Of a stretch of DNA of 64,000 bases, positions 13,801-24,539 are shown piece by piece. The stretch spans positions 26,722,001 through 26,786,000 of the forward strand of contig NC_082731.1 in the NCBI RefSeq assembly GCF_030144855.1, in the 5' to 3' direction. The position numbers were made by a program, and so were the translations under genes. Source of the stretch: Hypanus sabinus (taxonomy: Eukaryota). The first letter of the stretch is position 1. Each line of letters starts with the position of its first letter. The notes beneath the pieces were generated by a model. It had not been told where the DNA came from and did not search any database. It was given only the letters and a program-made list of their open reading frames with translations.

Positions 13801-14580
13801 TTGAAATACAAGGTAAGGCAACTTTGGCAATGTGGAGAAAAAGGGGGGCCAAGCAGAACCCGGAAGGCTTGTGGAGCATGGAAGACGGGTTGTTGGTAGC
13901 GCCCACCCCTCCACTGACGATTCTGATTTCAGAAGTGCATGGGATTGACCATTATGCAAGGGGGGGAAGTGATAAGCAAATAAAGAAGGATGGTTTTTGA
14001 TCACCTTATTTACAGGCTTCAGTGGACTTTGTCTTGTCACAGTGCGAGGTATGCACACAGAATAATATTCGGAAGGGAATTACAACCCCAATAGGTCACA
14101 TTCCTGTACCTGAAGGACCATTTAAACATCTAGTGATCGATTACGTAGACATGATAAAGAGAGTAAGAGGGAAAAGATACATGCTGGTAGTAATTGATCG
14201 ATTCAGCAGATGGGTGGAGGCGGTACCTTCAAGAGATCAAGTGGCAAAGACAGTGGTAAAATTTCTGACAAATGAAGTGATCCCAAGGTTTGAAATACCT
14301 ACAGAATTTAGGTCAGACAATGGTTCAGCTTTTATCCAGAAAGTGGTCAAACTGGTACTACAGACGCTGAGGATAAAGCAAAGATTTGGATGTGTATACC
14401 ACCCTCAGTCGCAGGGCATAGTAGAGAGAATTAATGGAACCCTGAAAGTCAAACTAAACAAAATTTGTGCAGACACTAAACTTAATTGGGTCGATGCTTT
14501 ACCGTTAGCATTGATGAGTTAGCGCATGCAAACTAATCGAATCACATGCCTGACACCGCATGAGATGTTCACTGGGAAGC
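10891..14580 (+). pseudogene. pol: ERV pro-pol (protease, 2H-like domain, RT, RNase H, truncated integrase)
   Basis: Protease MIDTGATY in frame with gag after TAG; RT LLQYVDDL (YVDD 12400-12411); RNase H LFVDGSC; integrase GPFKHLVIDYVDM...IDRFSRWVEA...SDNGSAF...YHPQSQGIVERIN. Several stops and frameshifts. Confidence 0.92.
11290..11760 (+). pseudogene. 2H-phosphoesterase-like domain inside pol, between protease and RT
   Basis: LHCT at 11421-11429 and PHVM (from HxT) at 11601-11612, about 60 residues apart, with G-A-A and WY context. Confidence 0.65.
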
Positions 14581-14589
14581 TATCATACC

Positions 14590-15198
14590 TGTGATAGGGG
14601 TAAGCAAAAATGTTGAATGGATAAACTATATATACTACAATCAACAGAGATTCATCAACTACACCGATGATGCACTGGAGGCCTTAGGGCAACAGCTGGA
14701 TGTAACTAGCAGGATGGCGTCGCTAAACAGACAAGTACTGGATTGGCTTTTGCAGAAAAAAAGGGTGTGTGTGTAATGTTTGGAGAACAATGCTACACTT
14801 TCATACCGAACAATACTAGCACAGAAGGGTCTTTCACCAGAGCAATGAATAAATTAAAGAATCTGCGGATGAAGGTCAAACAGAATGCAAGATTTGAACA
14901 TCAGTTCTTTGATTGGTTGGAAAGTAGACTCGGAGGATGGGGAGCATGGCTGACTAAAATGGCAATAACTGTCAGTATTATATTGTTGAGCTGTGCGCTT
15001 GTGCTGTGCTGTTTTCTTCCTTGTCTCAAATCTCTTGTAGTGCGTGCTGCAACCAAACAATTTCCAATGCTCATGGCAATTACTGAAGCAAGCTTAGTGG
15101 AGAAAGAAACACCGAAAATGTATTGTTACAGCCTACAACACCTGCAGGATGAACAAGAGCAAAACGACAATGTGGGAGTAGATTGTGAGGGCTTCTGA
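14590..15198 (+). pseudogene. env: ERV env, transmembrane subunit only
   Basis: Heptad QQRFINYTDDALEALGQQL; immunosuppressive domain LNRQVLDWLL(AEK)GVC; CX6C(C) as CVMFGEQCY; hydrophobic anchor MAITVSIILLSCALVLCCFL; cytoplasmic tail. Confidence 0.88.
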
Positions 15199-15391
15199 GA
15201 CTTTTTCCCTGTCTCAGGTACAGAGGGACAGGTTTTTGGCTCAGCGGCCCAGGGTAACGGAGAGAATACTTTGAGGTCTTGGCGCAGCAAATTATAGTTC
15301 AACCCGAGATTTGGGAATAAGTGCTTGAATTTATTGGGGCTTTTGTGCGCAGACTCTTAGTCTTCTTTCTCTGAGTGAGACCCTCTGGGAG

Positions 15392-15994
15392 TATTGGAGT
15401 ATAAAAGTTGAAATTGTTTGCTGTGTAACCTATACTATGTAGTCAGCTTGGAACTTGCTATTTGCTGGAGAATGAAATCTTAAGAATGTAGAAAACAATG
15501 GTGTGTTAATAAGAGGAAGCTAAGAGATGTGGATTATGTAGTCTGAGTTTGCTATTTGATATACATATATCCAATTGAATGTAGAAGTCAATGGTGTGTT
15601 AATAAGAGGAAGCTGAGATGTAGATTATGTAGTCTGAGTTTGCTATTTGCTATGCATGTACCCAATTTAGTAGGAGAATGAAATCTTAAGAATATAGAAG
15701 ACAATGGTGTGTTAATGAGAGGTAGCTAAGAGATGTAGATTAGAACATGATTAGGTCAATGGGTAGAAACAATAGTGGTGGATGTACTTGTGATACGCAA
15801 CCATAGACCGATTGGATATGCTAATGCAACTAAACCAGGAGATTGCTATAAAAAATGCTATGTCCAAGGATTGGTGGGCAATCAGCGACTAGCTCACTGA
15901 CTGTCTCAGCTTTGTTTTGCAAATTAAAGTTTAACCCTTCTTGAAGAATCTTCTGTGTCTCCTGGTCGTTTGAGGGGCACGAGAAACCACGACA
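15392..15994 (+). repeat. ERV 3' LTR
   Basis: Direct repeat of the 5' LTR with one extra ~90-bp U3 repeat unit. Confidence 0.95.
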
Positions 15995-16949
15995 TGAACA
16001 GAGAAATAAATCAATATCTCTAATCATAAACACAAGAGATTCCATTGATGCTGGAAATCTTAAGCAACTCGCAAACGCCTGGAGGAGCTCAGCAAGTCAG
16101 GCTGCATTTATAAGGGGAATAAACAGTTGGTGTTTAGGGCTGAGACCCGTCATCAGGAATGGCCATGGTATTTTGTTTGTGTTGCTCAAAATATCATCAA
16201 AGCCTTTCATTAGAGCTGAACATGGTGGATAATTAATAGCTTATATCAAAATACTAGATGGCAGCAAAATACGTCATCTCCCGGCGACCTCCACTCTCCT
16301 CAGTGACTAGGACTCTATATGAATAAATTAGACAGGCATTATTTGCCTACCTTTCTCAAAAACATTGAAAATTAAAAACATCAGATGCTGGAAATATAAA
16401 AGTAAAAACAAACACGTTGGAAATACAGAAAAGTTGAGGTGGAAAAGGCTGCCTGGGAGAGGAGAAAATAACAAATTGAACTGACAACCATATCGCTTCC
16501 TGGTCTGTCTTTCACCATTTCTACATGCTTTTGTCTATGATCTCATGATTTCACTCTCTGACCAGATGAGTTTGCTTACAGCCTATCCCTTTGGTCACCT
16601 GGTTACACCCAATCACCCAATCCCCTCCAACAACGATGGAGTTTCAATAGCTTTCTTTTTCTCCTTCTCAGTTCTGAGGAAAAGTCTTTGATTAGAAACA
16701 ATAACTCTGCATTTATTCTCACAAATGCCTGATCTCTTGAATATATTCAGCACTCTTGTTTTCATATCCCTCCATAAACTCTGCTGAGCAATTCCCTTGG
16801 CAAAAGTCATAAATGCATTCTATGTGACTGAACAAAGTTAATCCATTCATTTGTGTCTGGTCAAGCATTTTAAGTGTTTCCCATACTATTCTATTCAGTT
16901 GTCTCTCCAGTGTCATTCACTGGAACAGAGTCACACTTACAGAAACACA

Positions 16950-17470
16950 TGAACACATACTTCCCAACTTTTCCTACACTACTTCAACCACTGCATTGGT
17001 GCTGCTTCCTGCACCCATGTAGAGCTCATTGACTTCATCAGCTTTGCCTCCAACTTCCACCCTGCCCTCAAATTTACCTGGTCATTCCAACCCATTTTCA
17101 ATCTCGGTTTCTCTGGACACAGCTTAGATACTGATGTATATTATGAACCCACTGAGTCTCACAGCCACCTGGACGACAAACTCTTCCCACTCTGTAAAGT
17201 GTAAAAATGTAATATGAAACATGAACAAAAACCCTCCTCTCCATTCCTCTGTCTCCACCATGTCTGCTCTCAGGATGAGGCATTTCATTCCAGAATAAAG
17301 GAGATGTTCTTCTTCAAAGGAACAGGCTTCCCTTCCTCCACTATTAATGCTGCCCTCAACCACTCTCTTCCATTTTACACACATCTGCCCTCACCCCATC
17401 CTCCTGCCACCAAACCAGGGATAGGTTCCCTCTTGTCCTCACCGAATATCCCACCTGTCTCCATGTTCAG
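16950..17470 (+). mobile_element. Penelope-like RT fragment
   Basis: HVCSQDEAFHSRIKEMFFFKGTGFPSSTINAAL, same family as 3928-5155. Confidence 0.7.
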
Positions 17471-17476
17471 CACATA

Positions 17477-17539
17477 CAGTGCTGATGAAAAGTATTCACC
17501 CCCCCCCCATGGAGTTTTCATCTTTTATTGCTTTACAAC
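17477..17539 (+). mobile_element. Tc1/mariner left terminal repeat, interrupted by an LTR
   Basis: TA followed by CAGTGCTGATGAAAAGTATTCACCCCC, a Tc1-type terminus. Confidence 0.55.
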
Positions 17540-20465
17540 TGTCACGCGTAACCCTAGTTTGGAACGGGATCCAGAATTGACCCTATGAACTGTGATGCTA
17601 TTAAGAGAGAGAANNNNNNNNNNNNNNNNNNNNNNNNNNNNNNNNNNNNNNNNNNNNNNNNNNNNNNNNNNNNNNNNNNNNNNNNNNNNNNNNNNNNNNN
17701 NNNNNNNNNNNNNNNNNNNNNNNNNNNNNNNNNNNNNNNNNNNNNNNATGGTTTCTCTGCAAGTTGTTTACCTTTCCACAAGGACACTTGCCTGTTTGTT
17801 AAATTTCCTGCAGAGAGAGGAGGACGGAGCAGGTTGATGCACAGCTGGTGTCCAACATGTGGAGATAAAAACCAGGTCTGCTCAGGCACAGACAGATGCA
17901 CAGTTTCGGGCACTGAACGAACTTTGTTGCACCCACAGGAAGGTGGGGTTTTGGAGAACCAATTCGGGGAAATCAATCAGTGGCTCACAGTGTGAAAAGG
18001 TGCGACCTGTGGGGAATTATTTGTGTGTCCATCCTCACCTGGGTGATAATTCCACCACTGAAAAATGGTCATACGTGTTATAGTCATAGTCAGTGACTAC
18101 AACAGGATTTTGGAAGACAACAGGAAGATCGACGGCATCGGCTCAGCTCTCACCTCTCTCTCTCCAATGTTACTCAACTAACTACCTCGAACTGAACTGA
18201 ACTCTCTTCATCATCATAACATTCTATTCATTCACCCTTAGTTTTGAAAGAGCCTAGTTTTGTTCCTATTTCCACAGTTATGTATATGTACATCATTGCT
18301 AACCTGTTTGATATATTTGCATTTATAGTGCCGTATTGCATAGTTTACTAATAAACATTATTAGTTTATAGCAATACCAGACTCCAATGTGTTTTCCATT
18401 TCTGCTTGTTCTTTAACCGGATCACAGGGTACGTGACAAAATTGGGGCCTGCATCCGGGATTTGAACAAACTGTGTGGGGGCTTGTTTGAACTGATTGGG
18501 GAAAATCCCTTAATTTAATTTGCTTGTGTGGAAAAACAGCAGAAATGGATGTTGATAAATTTTTGGACGCGCCAGCCTCTGAGGCATTAGAGGATGCCAG
18601 AAGGTTTGAGCTGTTGAGTATTGCAAAAAAGTTGAAACTTGCGAAGGTGAAATTGACAACGAGGAGGTCAGAGATGCACAGGGTCATAGCCGAGTATTTT
18701 GTATCTTAGGGAGTGTCTAAAGTAGAGGAGCTGGAATTGTTTTCTGAAAGTAAACCTAGAGAGTTTGAGACCCAGTTTCAGATGGAAAGATTAAGGCTAG
18801 AGGCTGAGGAGAAGCGAAAGGAGTTTGAGTTTGAGCTGGAGGCTGAGGAGGCAGACAAGCAGAGAGAAGAAGCAGAAAGATAGAGACAGTGCGAGTGGAA
18901 TGAAAGAGAAAGAGAGAGGTGGTTTGTGCTGGAAAAGATAAAGACATTGCAGGAAGGGGGGCAAGTACTAGACCCAGTCGGGGGGTTCAAGGTTAGTTAG
19001 GAAATTAAGCTGGTACCTTCATTTGAGGAAACAGAAGTCTATAGGTATTTTCTACATTTTGAAAAAGTTGCCATCAATTGGAACTGGCTGAGGGAGAAGT
19101 GGACTCTTTTGTTACAAAGTGTACTTAAGGGAAAGGCTCAGCAAGCATATTCGGCATTGCCTACAGAAGACACAAATGATTATGATGAAGTGGAAGGTGC
19201 TTATGAGTTGGTTCCGGTGGCGTATCGACAAAAGTTCAGGGATTTAAGGAAGCATTGGAATCAAATGTTTGTGGAGTTTGCCCATGAGAAATATGTGTAC
19301 TTTGATCGGTGGTGCACTTCGGAAGAGGCGGGTGAGGATGTTGGAAAACTGAGGGAGTTGATCTTAATTCAAGAATTTAAAAATTGTGTCCCTGACAATA
19401 TAAGGACATATCTGAATGAAAAGGAAACTAAGACCCTGTCAGAATCTGCTAAGTTAGTGATAAGTATGCTTTAACCCACAAGATAAAGTTTTCCCCAAGC
19501 AAGAGCTATCAAAGGGGTAGTAGACATAATAGAAAGAGCCCATTGGCTAAGCCAGAAAGTAAGCTGGGGACTAGAGAAAAAGGTAAGGAGGAAGAGAAGC
19601 AGTCAGGAGGAAAGTTCCGTAGTTTAATGTGTTTTAATTGTGGGAAGCCTGGTCACATGGTGTCTAGGTGTTTCACTCCAAATAGAGATAGGGGAAAAGG
19701 AGAAAACCTGTGTCCAGCCAGCTAAAATGCCGCTGAGGAAGGAGGGGTCAGGCTGAGTTCAGGAAGGACACGAGAGATACATTTGAAATGGGTTTGTGTC
19801 TCTAAAGGAGGGGTCAACCCCATTTCCACCGAGAATCTGAAGAGTTATTGGAGCTTTTCAGTCTTTAATCTTAAGGAGTGTGTTGGAATTTGGTGCTGAA
19901 ATGGAGTCTGGTGAAGTGAATGTTATCCAAGGTATTGGAAAAAGGACTGAGGCCGTACCTTTGCATAAGATAATTCTGAAGAGTGACTTGGTATCTGGAC
20001 TAGTCACAATAGGGGTGTGATCTAAACTACCAATAGACAATGTTGATGTCTTACTTGGTAATGACCTTGCAGGTGGAGATGTGTATCCAGCAGTTCAGCT
20101 AACGAGCAAGCCTGTGGCTGCTGAGGACCCATAAATTCTGATGTTTGTCCTGCCTGCGGAGTAACGAGAAGCATGTCGGAACAGGCTCCTGACACTAATA
20201 TTGATTTATCCAAGAATTTCTTACTGTCCCTGTATTGACAGGACTTAGAGGATAGTAAGGCTGAGGAGGGTAAGGAAGAGGAGAAAGACTTGTCGTTATC
20301 AAGGAAAGAATTCATAGAGGAACAGAATAAAGATTTAGAAATTGTGGCTTTAAGAGAGACAGCTGTCTCTGAAGAGGAAATTCAGAATGAGGCAGTGGGA
20401 TATTACATTAAAGATGGGGTGTTGATGAGGAACTGGAGATCCACTATGGTACCAGCAAATGAGGA
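17540..20465 (+). mobile_element. Gmr1-like Gypsy LTR retrotransposon, 5' portion (LTR, SCAN-like gag, protease), 3' truncated
   Basis: LTR 17540-18438 (TGTCACG...CGTGACA); tRNA-Pro-like PBS 18443-18461; SCAN-like AYELVPVAYRQKFR...LRELILIQEFKNCVP; knuckle CFNCGKPGHMVSRC; cut by a Penelope 3' end near 20465. Confidence 0.85.
17614..17747. other. Run of 134 N (assembly gap or masking) next to a GA microsatellite inside the LTR
   Basis: Literal N run. Confidence 1.
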
Positions 20466-20905
20466 TTGGGCACATCAGGCCACACTCAGATTGGAGGAAT
20501 AACACCTTATTTTCCATCTGGGTTGCTTCCAACCTGATGACATGAATATCAATTTCTTGAACTTCCTTACCCCCTCCTCCACCATTGCCTATCCCCTTTT
20601 CCCTCTTTCACCTTATCTCCTTACCTTCACTATGCCTCCCTCTGGTGCTCTTCCCACTTTTCTTTCTTCCATGGTCTTCTGCCCTCTCCGATTAGATTCC
20701 CGCATCCCTAGCCTGGTATTTATTTCACCAATCAACTTCTCAGCTCTTTATTTTGCCCGCATTATCTCCCTCCCCTCCCCCCTTTTTACTCCAGCACCTC
20801 ATCTTTTTTCTCCAGTCCTGATGGAAAGTCTCAACCTCAAACCTTGACTATATTCTTTCCAATAGATGCTGCCCAGCTTGTTGAATTCTTTCAGCGCTTT
20901 GTCTG
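20465..20905 (+). mobile_element. Penelope-like 3' end
   Basis: RLEE*HLIFHLGCFQPDDMNINF, then pyrimidine-rich 3' UTR and pLTR motif gatgctgcccagcttgttgaattc. Confidence 0.7.
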
Positions 20906-21889
20906 TGTTACAATGACTTGTCTGCCTTCACCTAGAGGTGTTACAAAACCTAAAAGCAGAACCATTAGGAATGCCCAATTGGGGTGAAAAGCTCCAAACG
21001 TTAATCAAAATTCCAAGCCAGCATCCACCAGCACACTGAGATGTTTGGAAAGTTTTTCATCAGCTGTTCCAAACAAAGGTCCTGACCAAACTTGCCACAT
21101 TGCACAATTGAGCCAACTAGTGGTAAAGGGCTGAAGTCAGAGGGTGGAAACATGCCCTTCAGCCAGTCTGTCACTGTAACAACATATCCATCCAGCCTAG
21201 TCACATATACCAGTATTTGGCGCATAATTTTATAAACTTTCCTATCCATATACCTGTACAAGGGTCCTTTAAAAGTTGTTATTATATCTGACCCAATCAT
21301 TTGCTATATCAGTTCATTCCACATAAATACCATCTTTTGTGTAAAAAAAAGCCCCGAGGGTTCACACTAATTTTTTCCCCTTACCTTAAATCTATTCTCT
21401 TTAGTTCTTGATTCCACAAGCATGTTAGAAAGACTGAGTGCATTTATCCTACGTCAGAACTCTTACTTTCAATCCTTGATTTCTTTTAGGAGCTGAGAAA
21501 TGAGCGAGAGACTGATTCTCAATGACCAGTTATGTTGAAGTTTAAAGAAAGATACATAGGATACAGATGAGAGAAGAGAAATTGAAAGAATCAAACTAAA
21601 ATATGGTGCCATTGAAAAATCTCTCAGCTTTATCCTCAAGTTAACAGAAATTCTTCAAATAGAAAGAAACCAGTTAATATGCTACATAATTAAAACAATT
21701 GTAACATGTGTAATTTGCTAATACTTAGCCAATTAAAATGAAAGGTACTGTACATGTAACTGCTATACTATTTTCTACCAGTAAGTGGGGATGAACCACT
21801 ACATACTGTGAAAAATACATGAGTTTGTTTAAAATACAAATTATGTCAGTAAAAAAAGCCTAATATCTTACAGAAAGTATTTAAAAAAT

Positions 21890-23260
21890 AACCAATTCTA
21901 ACACTTATCTACACACCTCATGATATAAGATCATCTCTCAGTCTCTATATTCTAACGAATAAATTCATGACTGTCTAACCTCTCCCTATAACCCAATCCC
22001 TCAGCACCTGGCAACATCCTTGTAAACCTTTATGCACTCTTCCAGTTTAGTAGCATCTTTCCTCGAACAGGGTGACCAAAACTGAACATAATACTCCAAG
22101 TGCTGTCTCATCTACATCTTCTAATGCACTGATTGATGAAGGCCAGCATGCCAATAACCTTGTCAACGTCATGTATTCCTGTAACTGTACTGTAGTACAT
22201 GAAATCAGGTATTTGAGCTCCAAAGCCCTTCTGTTCTATATCACTCCCCAGCAACACCCCTTCCACCGTTCATAATGAAAATCCTACTGATTTGATTTAC
22301 CAAAATACAACACTTCAAACTTAAAAGAATTAATCCCAAGGTCTCCCTTGTAATTTTGATAACCTTCCTTAATGTTTACTAAGCCACCTAGTTCAGTGTC
22401 ATCTGAAGATGCACTACCATGCCTTATACATTCATATCAAACCAGCTGATATAGGAGACAAATTGGCCCAGCATGGAATCCTTAAGCACACCAGGTCTCA
22501 CAGGTCTCCAGCTTGAGAAACAATGTTCCATCATCATCCTCTGCTTTCTACCATTAAGCCAATTGTTCATCTAATTCAGCAGCTCTCCAAGGATCCCATG
22601 GTCACACAATCAAAAACTCAATCAAGATTGTACAAAATAATCTCCCATACACAAAGCTGTGCAGACCTATCCTTAGTCATCCCCTGCCTTCTAAGATTTA
22701 TCCCTCCGAAATGCCCACTGTCCTCCAGGCTACTGGCACTTCACCCATGGCTATTGTTGACACAAATATTTCTGCTAATTTCTTCTCTAGCCTCCCACAG
22801 TGTTCTTGGACATGCCTCATCAATTCATGAAGTTTTGTCTCCTATACATTATGGTCTTCATAGCTTTTAAGATGGCCAGTACCTCCTCTACTGTAATGTA
22901 GACTATCATTAACACCAGCCCATCAATTTTCTTATTCTGAAGTTACCATGTTTTTCTCTGGAGTAGAAACAGAGGGTAATATATTAATTGAGAACTCATC
23001 TCCTTCAGCTCCACATGCAGGTATCCACTTAAGTATCTGGGGGTCACTGTTCTCTCCAGTTGTTAATTTTTCCTTAATATGTCAATAAAATCTCTGTTGG
23101 TTCTCCTTAATGTTCTCTGCCAAAGTTATCGAATGCCCTTTTTTAAGTTCTTTTTTAAGTACACTCATCCCTTATGTTCCTCCAGGGATGTGCTTGATCA
23201 CAGCTGCCTGCACCTGACCTATGCCTTTTTACCAGGGTTTGCTACTTCTACCAGCCTTGC
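21890..23260 (-). mobile_element. Degenerate CR1 LINE fragments
   Basis: Antisense CR1 RT phrases (e.g. tactccaagtgctgtctc, gtgtcatctgaa). Confidence 0.6.
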
Positions 23261-24094
23261 CCTTCACTCCAAAATTAACATTCCTATCTTGAGCTCCCAC
23301 TCACTTTTAAAAACCTTCCACTTGCCGAAGAATTCTTTGCTCACAAACACCCTACTCCCAGGCCCGAGAACGGATAATGAACTGATGTTTGTCCTATTTA
23401 AGAACCGACCCGGATTTAAAAGATTAAGGCATCAAGGTCACGGGCAAAGGAAGAACTGGCTTCATGAGGCTTCACTCACTGTAGTGCTGAACTGACTCTA
23501 CAGCTGTGGCCTGCAGCCATCAGCACTCGTCTCAGTGCTAAGCTGGCTCTGTTGCTGTGGAATTATTTCTGGAGATTCTGTGGTTTAGATTCTGTGGATT
23601 GTTTGTTTGCCTTTTTTATTGTTTGCACAATTGATTCTTTCTTTCTCAGATATTAGATGTTTGACTGCCATTGTGGTGTGGGTTTTTTTTTTGTGAATTC
23701 TATTGTGTTTCTTTATTTTGTGGCTTCCTGCAAGAAGAGAATCTCAGTGTTGTATATGGTGCACATAGTTTGTACTTTGAATTTTAAAATGTTGTGCCCT
23801 TTGGGAATCACTGTTCCTAAAATATTCCCCCACTGAAAGGCCAGTCATCTGTCAAGATTCATTTCCTGAAACAAGATGCCATCTGATCCTTCTCCCAGTT
23901 TAACTACCTTTATGCTAATTCAAGGAACCTTCTTAAATGCACTGAAGGAATTTTGCCCCATGTCAGCCTCCTACATCGAGGAATTCTGGGTCATTCTCAT
24001 GGAAGTTAATGTCACCCATACAAAAATCCTATTGCTTTTATTATAGTCTGACTCCATCTCTGTTTCTCTTTTGTCTGGTGGCTATTGGGAAATT

Positions 24095-24500
24095 ATAGTG
24101 TAATCCATCATAGTGACTGTGATTGATTTATATCATTCTCAATTCCCGTTTCCCCCTCTCGCCGATTCTCGTTGTCTGCCTCGCACCTCCCTCTGGTAAT
24201 CTTCCCCCTTTTCTTTCTTCCATGGCCTCTGACCTCTCCTGCCAGACTCAGCCCTGTATCTCTTCAACTTCCCAGCTCTTTACTTCACCCCTCCCCTCCC
24301 TCCTGGTTTCACCTATCACCTTGTGGTTCTTCCTCCCATCCCCTACCTTCTTGTCACCTGTCTCCTCATCTTCTTTTCCAGTCCTGATGAAGGGTCTTGG
24401 CTTTCAATTGACTTTATTCTTGCCTGAAACTTTGACTGTACTCTTTTCCATAGATGATGCCTGGCCTGCTGAGTTCCTCCAACATTTTGGGTGTGCTACA
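24095..24500 (+). mobile_element. Penelope-like 3' end
   Basis: gtcctgatgaagggtcttgg...gatgatgcctggcctgctgagttcctccaacattttg pLTR motif. Confidence 0.65.
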
Positions 24501-24539
24501 GAGGCTGTGACTTTTACCCCCAATAACCTCAATTTCTGT

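Larger units (their letters stand above)
7394..15994 (+). mobile_element. Endogenous retrovirus, class I (epsilon/gamma-like), defective provirus
   Basis: Paired LTRs 7394-7905 and 15392-15994; 4-bp TSD TGAA (7390-7393, 15995-15998); PBS; gag, pro, RT, RNase H, integrase and env-TM remnants in retroviral order. Confidence 0.95.

Noticed and set aside
16613-16916. Two short minus-strand ORFs (one with WRDMKTRV, Myb/SANT-like)
   Set aside because: Only a few matching residues and no supporting domain context.
17585-17995. ORFs spanning the N run
   Set aside because: Artefacts of translating Ns inside an LTR.
21001-21180. C1-like words FPPS...LCL...FPNISVCW on minus
   Set aside because: Spacing does not fit a C1 domain, there is no second Cys/His motif or splice acceptor, and it abuts CR1 sequence.
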